Shown here one piece after another: positions 9,533 to 20,024 of a DNA stretch of 64,000 nucleotides. The translations under genes and the position numbers were made by a program. The stretch lies in NCBI GenBank assembly GCA_044221725.1, contig JBGAON010000004.1:192001-256000 (forward strand), in the 5' to 3' direction. The notes under the pieces are model-generated. The model was not told the DNA's origin and ran no database searches. It saw only the letters and a program-made list of their open reading frames with translations. This DNA is from Elusimicrobiota bacterium. GTDB taxonomy: Bacteria > Elusimicrobiota > Elusimicrobia > F11. Each line of letters begins with the position of its first letter. Position 1 is the first letter of the stretch.

Positions 9533-9889
9533 ATGACGAAAAAGAAAAACACACGACTAAAAAAATCGGGCGATGAGAAAGGAATTGAGTACGCGGCGGC
9601 GCAGCCCGGAGAAAACGAAAAGCCAACGTTCACGAGCGTCTACGACGATGCAGCGCTTGCGAGCGGTCCAGACGTGAAAGACGCCGACGTGAGCAGTGGC
9701 CGTACGAAAGACGCGAATATCATCGGGGTCAGCGTGGAAGAAACGCGCGTGAATTGGAGTGAGACGCCTGATATTGAGGCAGGTCAGCAACGCGAATCAA
9801 ATGAGCAGCACAAGACTTCACGTCGCCTCACCAAACAGGAAAAAGCCGAAGGAAAAATGCGCACCGGCGCCGCGCGCCGCCACCGATAA
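9533..9889 (+). CDS. Hypothetical hydrophilic protein
   Basis: AAGGA RBS; fills the intergenic gap; no recognised motif. Confidence 0.55.
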   Translation: MTKKKNTRLKKSGDEKGIEYAAAQPGENEKPTFTSVYDDAALASGPDVKDADVSSGRTKDANIIGVSVEETRVNWSETPDIEAGQQRESNEQHKTSRRLTKQEKAEGKMRTGAARRHR

Positions 9890-10067
9890 TTACTATTCCG
9901 CTTCCGCGCGAGGGTTCGAAATCCTTTTTTCCAACATCGCTTTGTAGTCGACCGGCGTACCGTCGAACAGCCGCATCCGAGCGGTACAGGCGGCCGACGG
10001 CCGCGAGAATCCAAGTGACCGCTAGAACTGCTGTGAGGACAAATACCGTCGCTTTATTTCCCTTCAT
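9828..10067 (-). CDS. Possible small membrane-anchored protein
   Basis: N-terminal hydrophobic helix, but the 3' end overlaps the opposite-strand ORF. Confidence 0.3.
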   Translation of the reverse strand: MKGNKATVFVLTAVLAVTWILAAVGRLYRSDAAVRRYAGRLQSDVGKKDFEPSRGSGIVIIGGGARRRCAFFLRLFPVW

Positions 10068-10120
10068 TTTCGACGGGCCTTAGAACTTAAATGAAGGAAT
10101 GGAACGAAGCGGGAGTTTGA

Positions 10121-10420
10121 TTAGGCGGCGCTCTCGCGATTCATTCGGTCGTTTCCTTCGAGCTTCACGAGCTTGTTGTAAATTCCCAACAACAAGAACG
10201 TTGGGACCCACAGTCCAACGAAATTGGGCGATGTCCGGCGCCCAGCGAAAATTCTTAGTCCTGCCGAAAAGACCATGCTCGCAATACCGAGGCTCAGATA
10301 AAACACGGAAGGCACCTTTGCTGTTTGATTCTCAATCCTCTTTGTCCATTTTCCTTCGACGGGCGGGCGGTTCATCATTTCTTCGGTGGCGTTCGTGCCT
10401 TTTTCTTTTAAATCGTTCAT
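10121..10420 (-). CDS. Small conserved-type membrane protein
   Basis: AGGAGG RBS; EG..TKRIENQTAKVPS..FVGLWVPTFLLLGIYNKLVK with two hydrophobic stretches. Confidence 0.75.
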   Translation of the reverse strand: MNDLKEKGTNATEEMMNRPPVEGKWTKRIENQTAKVPSVFYLSLGIASMVFSAGLRIFAGRRTSPNFVGLWVPTFLLLGIYNKLVKLEGNDRMNRESAA

Positions 10421-10533
10421 AAATCCTCCTTGATTCGTTGTAACCCTGTTACGAACGAAGTTGGCGTGCGGTTCTAAAAAACGATTTTTCATCTCTCTCG
10501 TATGTTGTTTAACGAAACTTAGAGGAGCGTGTT

Positions 10534-11046
10534 ATGAATCGATTATTCAAGACATACGTGGGCGCAGCATTTGTGGGCGCGAGTTTGATGCCGAGGTCCT
10601 ATGGCCGGGCGGCGGATTCTCCGGCGGCGGCCCAGAAAGCCGATCAGAACGTTATTGAAAGAACGAACGACGATGTCCGCGATGCCGCGCAGGATCTCAA
10701 ACAACAAGGCGAAGATCAGCGCAAGGCTGGGCAGAAAATTGAAAACAAAGGAAGAAAAGACGCTGAAGCGTTGCGGTACGATACGCGCAGCGTTAGCGAG
10801 TTAAACGATAGCGTTGCGAGAAAAAGAAGCCAAGCAAACGATTACGAAGCGAAAGGGCGCTTGGACCTTGCCCAAAAGTTGCGCAGCGAAGCAAACGACG
10901 AAGAAAATCGCAGCCGCAGCCTGCAAAATGATCTGGTCGGAAAAGACCAAGCGGCTCAAGAGCGCCAGCAGCGTGGGCAAGAACTGCAACAGCGCGGAAG
11001 CCAAGCGGCGCAAGAAGGCGAAGCGGCGTACGAGCAGGCGCGGTAA
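10534..11046 (+). CDS. Secreted coiled-coil hydrophilic protein
   Basis: GAGGAG RBS; signal-like N-terminus; Q/E/R/A-rich helical body. Confidence 0.65.
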   Translation: MNRLFKTYVGAAFVGASLMPRSYGRAADSPAAAQKADQNVIERTNDDVRDAAQDLKQQGEDQRKAGQKIENKGRKDAEALRYDTRSVSELNDSVARKRSQANDYEAKGRLDLAQKLRSEANDEENRSRSLQNDLVGKDQAAQERQQRGQELQQRGSQAAQEGEAAYEQAR

Positions 11047-11074
11047 GCGCATTACCGCGTCCAGCGCGCTACCG

Positions 11075-12235
11075 TTAGGGTCGCGCCCAGGCGCTGCCGA
11101 CTTGGATATAGACCGCAACATTGTCAGGACCAACGGCGAAGTCCAACCCGGTGTGCAGTCCATAGCTTCGCGCAAGTTCGTAGCGGAAGCCTGTGCCACC
11201 GGTAACAATGGTTTGTGTATTTTTTCTTTGATCCAAATCGTTCCATGCCGCGCCGCCCCCGACGAATCCGATCAAGCTGAACCGCTTCCAGCATTGCCAT
11301 CGCAGCTCGGAATCGATTTGTGCCATTTCCTCGCCTTGGTAGCGCAACACCGGCGCTCCGCGAAGATTGATATAGGGGTGCAAATAGAACGGGGCGCTGC
11401 CAAAGCTCGCAGCGCCGTCGGCGCGTACGCCGAGAAAAAGTTTTGAGCTGATTGGCACGAACTGCATTGCCACGCAGCTCGCTCGCTGAAAATCTTCATC
11501 GCCCCCAAATGCTGGATCAAAAAAACCGGCGGAAGCTTCGAGATAGGTACCTTTGTTGGGTGTAAAAAAATTGTCGCGCGTATCAAACGTCAACGATGGT
11601 GTAAAACCGCCCACGGTGGATACGCGGGAAACGGCCGGTTCGCTTTGCGTTCTGGTGGTTTCCTGGAATTTCACGACCGTTTCTGCGAGCGCATAATTCA
11701 ATCCCACCCACAAACGCGAATCGCCAAACCGGTACTTTAGACGAGCTGTTCCACCTTTCGGCTCGAGGTTGTATCGCAACGGGTCGTTTTTTAACGAGGG
11801 ATCTTTACCGATACCGTAGTAGTCTAAGTTTGCTGACGCATAGACAAAGCCAACCATCGTTTGAAGGTGTTCATCAAACCAATGGCGAATGTCGCCGGCA
11901 AATGTTCCCCAGGTTCCGTTTTCAGTGCCAAATCCTCCGGCCATCGAAATGTTGGGTCGCCCGAGTCCCAGCCTTTTGGACGGCAATGGCTTACTGAGAA
12001 ACATAACGCCCAGACCGCCGCCGTAACCGACCGCGGGCTCGGTGACGACGATGGGAATAGGCACAAATCCATATTTTTCTTCCAAGAATTCGCTTGCATC
12101 GAACGCATTGTCATCGGGCGATCGAAATTTTGATTCTGCGAAAATCAACGACGCGCACAGCATTAGCGCCAGAAATAAAAATACCTCCCGCCGATGATTC
12201 CATCCATTTGGAACATTCACACTTAGTAAAAACAT
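11075..12235 (-). CDS. BamA/TamA (Omp85) family outer-membrane barrel, no POTRA domains
   Basis: P.VVTEPAVGYG, FDTRDNFFTP..G, LRGAP..RYQG, GTGFRY, terminal VGSAW. The start at 12235 forms a TAATG overlap with the upstream gene. Confidence 0.82.
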   Translation of the reverse strand: MFLLSVNVPNGWNHRREVFLFLALMLCASLIFAESKFRSPDDNAFDASEFLEEKYGFVPIPIVVTEPAVGYGGGLGVMFLSKPLPSKRLGLGRPNISMAGGFGTENGTWGTFAGDIRHWFDEHLQTMVGFVYASANLDYYGIGKDPSLKNDPLRYNLEPKGGTARLKYRFGDSRLWVGLNYALAETVVKFQETTRTQSEPAVSRVSTVGGFTPSLTFDTRDNFFTPNKGTYLEASAGFFDPAFGGDEDFQRASCVAMQFVPISSKLFLGVRADGAASFGSAPFYLHPYINLRGAPVLRYQGEEMAQIDSELRWQCWKRFSLIGFVGGGAAWNDLDQRKNTQTIVTGGTGFRYELARSYGLHTGLDFAVGPDNVAVYIQVGSAWARP

Positions 12236-13467
12236 TAGTGAAGACTCGCCATCGCGCGGCCGGCCAGCCACGACGTGGTCCACGCGTTTTGGAAATTAAA
12301 ACCTCCGGTGACCGCATCGATATCCAAGACTTCGCCGGCGAAATACAATCCGCGTTGAATGCGGCTCTCCATGGTTCGAAAATTCACTTCGTCCAATTTC
12401 ACCCCGCCGCACGTTACAAACTCTTCTTTGAATGGGTTTTGTCCGCGCACCATGTAGCGACCGCGCGTGAGGGCGTCGGCGATGCCGGTCATGTGCTCGC
12501 GTGAAAGTGCCGCCCACGTCAAATTTCCTGGAACGCCGGCGGATTCGAACAACCGTTCCCACAATCGGCGCGGCGTCCCAAACGTGGGCACCGAGGCCAC
12601 GAGTTTTTTCGCGAATTCGTTCTTAATATCTCGCAGACCCTTTTCAATAGCAGCCGGTTTCCATCCAATCCAGTCGACGGTAATCTCCACGTGATAGCCG
12701 GCGTCAAAGAATTCGCGCGCGCCCCACGCGGACAATTTCAAAACCGCCGGGCCGCTAAGCCCGTGATGCGTGATGAGAAGCGCTCCCGTTTGCTTCAGTT
12801 TTGTTCCGGCCACGCTGAGTTCGGCTTTCGGAACGGAAATACCCTCCAGTCCGCGGAGGCGTTTGTCGGGAATGTGAAACGTGAACAGCGATGGCACGGG
12901 CTTTGTTACCGTGTGGCCCAATCTTTCAGCCCACTGCCAGCCGCGCCGGCCGCTGCCGGTGGCGAGCAAAACTTTTTTTGTGTGCAACGCTTCGTCTTTT
13001 CCGATCGTCACGCGAAAACCGCCTTCTTCGGCGGTCACCGCCGACACGTCACAATGCGTGCGCAGTTCGATACCGCTCGCCCGCGCGGCGTCCATCAATG
13101 CGTTCACGATTGATTGCGAGGAATCGGTGACGGGGAACATGCGACCATCCTCTTCGGTCTTCAGCGGAACGCCGCGCTTTTCGAACCATGCCACCGTGTG
13201 TTTCGGCTGAAAATGGTGAAACGGGCCGAGCAATTCCTTCTTTCCGCGCGGATAAGCATTCACGAGAATTTTCGGATCAAAACACGCGTGCGTAACGTTG
13301 CATCGGCCGCCGCCCGAAAGTTTTACTTTGGCGAGCGGATTCTGCCCCTGTTCAAGAATAACGATGGCCTGTCCGGGTTTGGCTTCGGCGCAACTGATTG
13401 CGCCAAAAAAGCCGGCCGCTCCGCCGCCAATGACGATCACGTCATAAGATGAGGTGGTATTTTTCAC
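12235..13467 (-). CDS. HI0933/YhiN-family NAD(P)/FAD-dependent oxidoreductase
   Basis: IGGGAAG, KVKLSGGGRCNVT, GRMFP, THHGLSGP, VTCGGV, TGGFNFQNAW. Confidence 0.93.
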   Translation of the reverse strand: MKNTTSSYDVIVIGGGAAGFFGAISCAEAKPGQAIVILEQGQNPLAKVKLSGGGRCNVTHACFDPKILVNAYPRGKKELLGPFHHFQPKHTVAWFEKRGVPLKTEEDGRMFPVTDSSQSIVNALMDAARASGIELRTHCDVSAVTAEEGGFRVTIGKDEALHTKKVLLATGSGRRGWQWAERLGHTVTKPVPSLFTFHIPDKRLRGLEGISVPKAELSVAGTKLKQTGALLITHHGLSGPAVLKLSAWGAREFFDAGYHVEITVDWIGWKPAAIEKGLRDIKNEFAKKLVASVPTFGTPRRLWERLFESAGVPGNLTWAALSREHMTGIADALTRGRYMVRGQNPFKEEFVTCGGVKLDEVNFRTMESRIQRGLYFAGEVLDIDAVTGGFNFQNAWTTSWLAGRAMASLH

Positions 13468-13536
13468 TGCGCGCAGTATCGCTTATGCTCCGTCCCGACG
13501 CAAAACGTCGATCATTGTGCTATACGTCAATGCGTT

Positions 13537-15321
13537 ATGGGCATTCTGCTAAGTGGTCGCAACCTCACAAAAAGTTTTAGTTCTCGTCCGTTGTTCGAAG
13601 GGCTTTCGTTCGGTTTGTTTGAAAACGAACGAACGGGGCTTATCGGTCCGAACGGCGCGGGAAAATCCACGTTGCTAAAAATTATTGCTGGTTTGGAAAA
13701 GCCGGATGCGGGCGAGCTGTCGATGCGACGCGGCTTGCGTGTGAAATATTTGCCGCAACAAGATGTGTTCGACAATGCCACCAGTCGGACCGTGCGCGAC
13801 GAGTTGGTACACGCGCTACAAAATTTGGGTCTCGAAGATTGGGAAGTCGATGTGCGCGTTGACGAGGCTCTGGAAAACAGCGGCTTTAATCCCGATCAGA
13901 AAGTGGCCAGTTTATCGGGCGGTTGGCGCAAACGCCTCGCAATTTTGGGTCAAGTGTTGTGTCAGCCGGATTTGTTGCTATTGGATGAACCGACAAACCA
14001 TCTGGATTTGAACGGTGTCTTGTGGCTCGAGAGGTTTTTGCTCGAACAGAAATTTTCATTTCTCATGATTACGCACGACCGCCGGTTTTTGGAATCGGTT
14101 TCCAATCGCGTGATTGAACTCAACAAACGCTACGAAGACGGCCATTTCTCGAGCGTGGGCAATTACAGCGACTTCATCGAGAGCCGCGAAAAATTGTTTA
14201 GCGCACAGTCTCAGCGCGAAGACGCGACGCGCAACATCGTCCGACAAGAAATCGAATGGCTGCGCAAAGGTCCGAAGGCCCGCACAACGAAACAAAAGGC
14301 CCGCATCGATCGCGCGGGAGAGCTTATCGCGGATCTAAACGAACTTACGTATCGGAACGCGCAAGCAAAAACCGTGAACATTAATTTTTCGAGCAGCGAC
14401 CGTCGCAGCAAAAAGCTCATCGAATGCACGGGTATCGTAAAAAGCATGGGCGGAAAAAAGCTTTTTGGTCCGCTGGATTTTATGATGGGTCCCGGCGACA
14501 AGTTGGGTCTTTTGGGCGGGAACGGAAGCGGAAAGAGCACGCTGCTAAAACTTCTGGCCGGCACGTTGCCGCCCGATTCCGGCACCATCAAGCGCGCCGA
14601 TGCACTAAAGGTAATTACGTTCGATCAACACCGTGAGCAACTGAACAAAGATTGGCCTTTGCGCAAAGCGTTGTGCGAAAACGGCGAGAAAGTGGAATAC
14701 AAAGGCTCGTTCATTCATGTGGCCGGTTGGGCGGCGCGCTTTTTGTTCACAGCGGATCAGTTGGACAAGCCGCTTAGCAAACTTTCGGGCGGCGAACAGT
14801 CGCGCGTGTTGATCGCGCGCCTCATGCTTCGGCCGGCCGATATTTTGTTGCTCGACGAGCCGACGAACGATTTGGATATTAATTCGCTCGACGTGTTGGA
14901 AGCGAGCTTGAAAGATTTTCCCGGTGCGATTGTGCTCGTGACGCACGACCGTTATTTGTTGGACCGCGTCAGCAAACAAATCTTGGCATTGGACGGTAAA
15001 GGCAACGGCCGTTTTTTTGCGGATTTGGATCAATGGGAATCCTCCTTCGCAGACGAAACGGCGTCTGCTACGGAGGACAAGTCCATGCTGCCGACACCGC
15101 CGCTTAGCGAAAAACCCAAACCAGCGAAGAGTTCCAAAGAATTAAGAAAGGTGGAGGAACAGATCCAATTGTTGGAAGCGCAGTGCGAACAAGCAAAAGC
15201 CGCATTGGTTGATCCGGCGATTGCATCGAACGCGGCGGAACTTTTCTCCCGGCAGGAGGTCCTGGCCGCTCTGGAAAAGGAATTAGAAACGCTGATGCAA
15301 CACTGGGAATCGCTTAACTGA
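13537..15321 (+). CDS. uup: ABC-F family ATPase, Uup-like
   Basis: Two NBDs (GPNGAGKST/LSGG/LDEPTNHLD and GGNGSGKST/LSGGE/LDEPTNDLD); EIEWLRKGPKARTTK linker; C-terminal coil. Confidence 0.9.
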   Translation: MGILLSGRNLTKSFSSRPLFEGLSFGLFENERTGLIGPNGAGKSTLLKIIAGLEKPDAGELSMRRGLRVKYLPQQDVFDNATSRTVRDELVHALQNLGLEDWEVDVRVDEALENSGFNPDQKVASLSGGWRKRLAILGQVLCQPDLLLLDEPTNHLDLNGVLWLERFLLEQKFSFLMITHDRRFLESVSNRVIELNKRYEDGHFSSVGNYSDFIESREKLFSAQSQREDATRNIVRQEIEWLRKGPKARTTKQKARIDRAGELIADLNELTYRNAQAKTVNINFSSSDRRSKKLIECTGIVKSMGGKKLFGPLDFMMGPGDKLGLLGGNGSGKSTLLKLLAGTLPPDSGTIKRADALKVITFDQHREQLNKDWPLRKALCENGEKVEYKGSFIHVAGWAARFLFTADQLDKPLSKLSGGEQSRVLIARLMLRPADILLLDEPTNDLDINSLDVLEASLKDFPGAIVLVTHDRYLLDRVSKQILALDGKGNGRFFADLDQWESSFADETASATEDKSMLPTPPLSEKPKPAKSSKELRKVEEQIQLLEAQCEQAKAALVDPAIASNAAELFSRQEVLAALEKELETLMQHWESLN

Positions 15322-15408
15322 GATACAATCCTCAATCCGTCGAATATGCCACAATCCGATTGCTCCCTCAAAAACCCCTCCCAATAATCTTTTCATTTAG
15401 GGGGATGT

Positions 15409-17205
15409 ATGCTGCACGACTTACTCAAACGTCATTTTGGTTTTGATTCGTTTCGCCCGCTGCAGGAAGAAATCATTCGCGACACGCTCGAAGGACGCGA
15501 TGTGTTCGCGCTGTTGCCGACCGGCGGTGGAAAATCTCTCTGCTTTCAACTTCCCGCACTGGCGCGCGATGGGCTGACGCTCGTCATCTCTCCGTTAATC
15601 GCATTAATGAAAGACCAGGTTGACGCCCTTGTCGCCAACGGAATTTCCGCAACGTTTTTAAACTCCAGCGTGACGCCAGAGGAAAGCGCCAAACGTCACC
15701 GCGCCCTTAACGAAGGGAAAATTCGGCTCCTATATATGGCGCCGGAGCGACTGATGATTCCGGGCGTGCTCGACCAGGTGCGGTCATGGAACGTGAAACT
15801 CTTCGCGGTCGACGAAGCCCACTGCATCAGCGAATGGGGACACGACTTCCGTCCTGATTACCGCCAGCTTATGAATCTCCGCGCGCTTTTTCCGCAGACA
15901 CCGGTGATGGCGCTCACGGCGACCGCGACGGGTCGCGTGCGAAAAGACATTATCCGATTGCTCGGTCTTGCGAATGGGAAGTCGTACGTCGCAAGCTTTA
16001 ATCGACCGAACCTTATTTACCGCGTTCGCCCGAAGAGCAACGCCCCAGCGCAGGTGCTTTCCTTTTTGCGCGAGAGGTCCGGGGAATCTGGAATCGTTTA
16101 CTGCGCAAGTCGGCAGGGCTGTGAGGATCTAGCGGATCGGCTCGCCGAGGCCGGTATAAAAGCAAAAGCCTACCATGCGGGTTTGTCCATCGACGTGCGT
16201 TCGCGTCACCAAGAAGAATTTCTTCGCGACGACGTAACGGTGATTTGCGCGACGATCGCTTTTGGCATGGGAATTAACAAGTCAAACGTCCGGTTCGTCG
16301 TGCATTACGATTTGCCAAAGAACATCGAAGGTTATTATCAGGAAACGGGCCGCGCCGGTCGCGATGGGCTGGCGAGCGAATGCTTGCTGCTGTTCAATCC
16401 CGGCGATGTTCAGAAGCAATTGCGTTTCATCAATGAGAAGAGCGATCCGGTGGAACAACAAGTGGCGCACCGCCAGTTGCAAGATATGGTCCATTATGCC
16501 GAGACAACCCAATGCCGTCGCGCGCACCTGCTCGGTTACTTTGGCGAGGGAGCGCCGTCATCGTGTGAAGCATGCGACAACTGCCTCACACCGCGCTCGC
16601 GGTTCGACGGCACTATCGCCGCACAGAAGTTCTTGTCTTGCGTAGTTCGCATTCGTCAAAAAAGTGGTTTCTCCGTTGGGTTGAACCACGTCGTTGATGT
16701 GTTGCGCGGAGCGAAATCCGAAAAAATCGAGCGCTGGGGTCACGATACGCTGTCGACTTATGCGATCGGAAAAGAATTCGGAAAACGTGAATGGCAAGCG
16801 CTCGGTCGTGAACTTTTGCGCATGGGTTTCGTCGCACAATCGGAGGGAACGTTTGCAACACTCGACGTGACGCCCGAAGGCCGCACGCTTCTCGCCGAGC
16901 GCCGCTCCTTGCAGCTCACGCAGCCGATGCTTCCGACCGCCCGCGAACGCCGCGAAAAAATCTCAGCGACATCGCCCGTAAACGAAACGCTCTTCCAACG
17001 CCTCCGCCAACTGCGCCGCACCCTCGCTGACAGCGCCGACGTCCCCGCCTACATCGTCTTCTCCGACGCCACGCTCCGCGAAATGGCCGCCCGCGCCCCG
17101 CAAACTCTAGAAGAACTATCGCGCGTGAACGGAGTAGGAGAGAAAAAACTCAAAGCCTACGGCGAAGCGTTCTTGGAAGAGATCCGGTCGCATGGCGCGA
17201 CGTGA
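15409..17205 (+). CDS. recQ: ATP-dependent DNA helicase RecQ
   Basis: PTGGGKSLCFQ, DEAHCISEWGHDFRP, QETGRAGRDG, Zn motif CRR..CDNC, RQC and HRDC (VPAYIVFSDATL). Confidence 0.97.
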   Translation: MLHDLLKRHFGFDSFRPLQEEIIRDTLEGRDVFALLPTGGGKSLCFQLPALARDGLTLVISPLIALMKDQVDALVANGISATFLNSSVTPEESAKRHRALNEGKIRLLYMAPERLMIPGVLDQVRSWNVKLFAVDEAHCISEWGHDFRPDYRQLMNLRALFPQTPVMALTATATGRVRKDIIRLLGLANGKSYVASFNRPNLIYRVRPKSNAPAQVLSFLRERSGESGIVYCASRQGCEDLADRLAEAGIKAKAYHAGLSIDVRSRHQEEFLRDDVTVICATIAFGMGINKSNVRFVVHYDLPKNIEGYYQETGRAGRDGLASECLLLFNPGDVQKQLRFINEKSDPVEQQVAHRQLQDMVHYAETTQCRRAHLLGYFGEGAPSSCEACDNCLTPRSRFDGTIAAQKFLSCVVRIRQKSGFSVGLNHVVDVLRGAKSEKIERWGHDTLSTYAIGKEFGKREWQALGRELLRMGFVAQSEGTFATLDVTPEGRTLLAERRSLQLTQPMLPTARERREKISATSPVNETLFQRLRQLRRTLADSADVPAYIVFSDATLREMAARAPQTLEELSRVNGVGEKKLKAYGEAFLEEIRSHGAT

Positions 17206-17218
17206 TGTGGAGAAGTCG

Positions 17219-17800
17219 CTAAATTGTGAGCGAACCGCGAAATGCGCGCGCGGCGTAGTAAGACTCGGCTCCGTTGTGATACGTGAACACGGTGTTGTAG
17301 CGGCGATCACAGAAGATGGCGCCGCCTCGTTTCCGAATTTCCGCCGGCGTTTTTACCCAACTAGATGTTTTTGTGTCGAATTCGCCAAGCGTCTGCAACA
17401 TTCGATACTGATCTTCTGTTAGAACTTCGATTCCCATCGCGGTCGCCATATTTATGGCGCTATCTTTTGGTTTAAACTCTTTTCTGGCCTTAAACGCTTC
17501 ATGGTCGTAGCAGAAGCTTCTGCGGCCTTTCGGACTTTCTTCCGAGCAATCAAAAAAAATGTATTCGTCCGTCTTCTTGTCGTAACCCACAACATCCGGT
17601 TCGCTGCCGGTTCGTTCCATTTCGCTGAGCGACCACAGGCCGGGATCGTTCGCTTGAAGCCTCGCCTCTACGTCCGACCACTTGATACCGAGGTGACGAT
17701 TCTCGTTTTTTTCAAAACGTGATTTCACGACTCGTATTACCTCGTCGCGTTCTTTTGGCGACAAATCCTTTTTTTCCCTTCGCGTTGTCTGTGATTTCAT
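17219..17800 (-). CDS. DUF4256-domain protein
   Basis: MERTGSEPDV, ESPKGRRS.CYD, FDTKTSSW, YHNGAESYYAAR.FRG. Confidence 0.8.
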   Translation of the reverse strand: MKSQTTRREKKDLSPKERDEVIRVVKSRFEKNENRHLGIKWSDVEARLQANDPGLWSLSEMERTGSEPDVVGYDKKTDEYIFFDCSEESPKGRRSFCYDHEAFKARKEFKPKDSAINMATAMGIEVLTEDQYRMLQTLGEFDTKTSSWVKTPAEIRKRGGAIFCDRRYNTVFTYHNGAESYYAARAFRGSLTI

Positions 17801-17850
17801 GGCCAGGCCCCGTCCTTTGTTATTCCGACCTCGCGATAATCGGTTTCATG

Positions 17851-18345
17851 CTATCCGCGACGCGCGGCTTCGATTTTTGCAATGTCGATTTTGACCATGT
17901 CCATCATGGCGTTCATCGCACGTTTCGCGGCAGTGGTGTTCGGGTCATTGATCGCTTCGACGAGCACGCGCGGCACAATTTGCCAGCTTAAACCAAACTT
18001 ATCTCTGCACCAGCTGCAAGCGACCGCCTGACCGCCGTTCGTAACGATGGCGTCCCAGTAACGGTCGGTTTCCTCTTGGGTATCGGTGAACACTTGAAAA
18101 GAAATGGCGTTGGTGAACGCAACGCCCGGTCCGCCGTTTAAGCCAACGAAGGCTTGCCCCAAAACGGTGAATTCAACCGTGAGCACGTCGCCCGCCTTGC
18201 CGTTCGGATAGTCGGTTGGAGATTTGTGCACGGCGACAACGCGGCTGTCGGGAAATGTTTTCGCGTAAAAGTTGGCTGCTTCCTCTGCGTTTTTATTGAA
18301 CCACAGACAGGTTGCGATAGCGGTTTTGCGGGTTTCTTTTTTCAT
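17851..18345 (-). CDS. VOC family (PhnB / 3-demethylubiquinone-9 3-methyltransferase-like) protein
   Basis: CLWF..AEEAANFY, LNGGP, QEETDRYW, CSWCRDKFGLSWQIVP. Confidence 0.9.
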   Translation of the reverse strand: MKKETRKTAIATCLWFNKNAEEAANFYAKTFPDSRVVAVHKSPTDYPNGKAGDVLTVEFTVLGQAFVGLNGGPGVAFTNAISFQVFTDTQEETDRYWDAIVTNGGQAVACSWCRDKFGLSWQIVPRVLVEAINDPNTTAAKRAMNAMMDMVKIDIAKIEAARRG

Positions 18346-18465
18346 AAGCGCCTCCGAGTCGAATGTTAAAAACAATTCTACGAACTATTTTGGGCAGGCG
18401 GTTCCCAAGGCGTGGGCGGTTTCTTGAAGTTCGTCATAATGAGAACGAACCGCGTTTCCGCCTGG

Positions 18466-18870
18466 TTATGATGGGTGCGAAATTTTTTTCGCCCGAGCGA
18501 TCGATTTGCGAACGTCCACTTCACTGATGGCAATTCGTGGATCGGCCGCCAACGCTAGCGAATAATACCCGACAAATTCCTTGTTTTCGCCGTCCAACAA
18601 GTTGACAAGCTTGGCGAGCGTTGGCGCTGCATCAAGCGGTTTGTCTCTGTTGCGGACCGACAAGAGCTCATCAATTTCGGCGATGATCGAAGAAAGTCCG
18701 CGCAGCCACTGGAACCGTTCGTCTTTGATCGCTTTGTTGAGCGCCTCGTACGGATCGTATTTTCTGCCGTCTTGTTCTTGCGCGCGCTTGAGCTGATAAT
18801 CCATGAGTCCCTTGTGGTGGACAATGAGATAACGGCTCAGTTGCTGAAGTTCGTGTCGTGCGTCGTCCAT
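18466..18870 (-). CDS. Hypothetical protein
   Basis: Co-oriented ORF in a minus-strand run; helical, contains FQWLRGLSSII.EIDE. Confidence 0.6.
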   Translation of the reverse strand: MDDARHELQQLSRYLIVHHKGLMDYQLKRAQEQDGRKYDPYEALNKAIKDERFQWLRGLSSIIAEIDELLSVRNRDKPLDAAPTLAKLVNLLDGENKEFVGYYSLALAADPRIAISEVDVRKSIARAKKISHPS

Positions 18871-18892
18871 GGGTGTTCGCAGTGACGAAGTT

Positions 18893-19099
18893 TTATTTCT
18901 TTTGCTTCTTGCGCCACTCCGAGGTTGGCAAGCCAGCAAAACCCCAGTTATCCAATTCCACCTCGTCGATTACGATGTGGGTCTTTTGTGGGTCCTTGTT
19001 CAGCACGCGCACCATCGTCTCTGTGATTTCTTTGATGACCTGCGCTTTCTGTTTTTTGGTGACGTTGTCTTTCAGGATACGAACATTGATGTACGGCAT
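18893..19099 (-). CDS. 4-oxalocrotonate tautomerase family protein
   Basis: Pro-1 after Met (MPYINV); T.IVIDEV..DNWG.AG. Confidence 0.92.
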   Translation of the reverse strand: MPYINVRILKDNVTKKQKAQVIKEITETMVRVLNKDPQKTHIVIDEVELDNWGFAGLPTSEWRKKQKK

Positions 19100-19140
19100 G
19101 GGGCAATCCTCGCTCTATTAGTAATGTGCCAATCGCTATT

Positions 19141-19872
19141 CTATTGCATGTTTCGAAAGTAAAGTTCTCCCCAAAAGGGAATGGCTCTGATCCGGTTGTC
19201 GCTATTGGCGGACAACGGTGTTTCAGTAAGGCCCAGCAATTTACGGAATTCGTTTAATAAATAGATTCGCAGGTCTTCACCATAGACGATGATGTCCGAC
19301 TGATGGATAGAAAAAACGGGATTGCCGGATTGGCACGGATCAATCAGTAGGTAGCGGTGAGAAAAAATGGGTATCAGTCGCGGAGCTTTTTTGACCAACT
19401 CTTGAACACGGGTGGCTCGTGCCTCTGCATCCGACGGTTTTGGTCCCCAAGATTTCAGCCAAAAATTATTGTTTTCGACATCAAAGACGATTCCCTGCCA
19501 AAGCCAGTCCAATTTCTCTTCAATTTCTTTTTTATCCGTCAGGTAGTTATAAAAGGATGGGACGTTGACCAGTGTTGGTTCATCAGAGGAGCTGCTATAT
19601 TTTTCCACTTCGAGCGGCTTGTTCGTGGTGAAAAGCGTTTTTAAAAACAGCCGATAATCATCGGGAAACTTAACTCCCCAAATCGATTCCATTTTCAGAA
19701 TATCGGATTCCGAAGCCCCATTCAGCCATTTCGTGCCCTTCTGCCAAGGGTGCGGCTCAATCCTCTCGCCAGTAAGTGAATCGGTAACGAGATATTTTTC
19801 CCAGGCAGCTTCCGTGGCTTGTTTGAATTCGTTGAGAAACACGGCGTCAAATTTCCCGGAAAACTGTGTCAT
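19141..19872 (-). CDS. SMI1/KNR4 (SUKH) family protein
   Basis: GASESDI..ME..WGVKFPDDYRLFL; APRLIPIFSHRY; NPVFSIHQSDIIVYG.DL..YL..EF. Confidence 0.82.
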   Translation of the reverse strand: MTQFSGKFDAVFLNEFKQATEAAWEKYLVTDSLTGERIEPHPWQKGTKWLNGASESDILKMESIWGVKFPDDYRLFLKTLFTTNKPLEVEKYSSSSDEPTLVNVPSFYNYLTDKKEIEEKLDWLWQGIVFDVENNNFWLKSWGPKPSDAEARATRVQELVKKAPRLIPIFSHRYLLIDPCQSGNPVFSIHQSDIIVYGEDLRIYLLNEFRKLLGLTETPLSANSDNRIRAIPFWGELYFRNMQ

Positions 19873-19924
19873 TTAGAACCTCCATCACGTGCCCGGAATG
19901 ATCTGTAAAGCATGTAACTCGAAT

Positions 19925-20011
19925 CGGAGAGGGTGAGATTCGAACTCACGAGACCCTTGCAGGCCTGCCCGCTTTCAAGGCGGGTCCATTCGACCGCTCT
20001 GGCACCTCTCC
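19925..20011 (-). tRNA. tRNA-Ser (anticodon UGA), 87 nt, long variable arm, CCA not encoded
   Basis: Reverse complement GGAGAGGTGCCAGAGCGGTCGAATGGA-CCCGC-CTTGAAA-GCGGG-...-GTGAGTTCGAATCTCAC-CCTCTCCG. Confidence 0.96.
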
Positions 20012-20024
20012 AAAAACCATTTCG

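Noticed and set aside
17200..19925. Integrated element bounded by a tRNA-Ser 3' duplication
   Set aside because: No repeat of the tRNA 3' end and no integrase seen.
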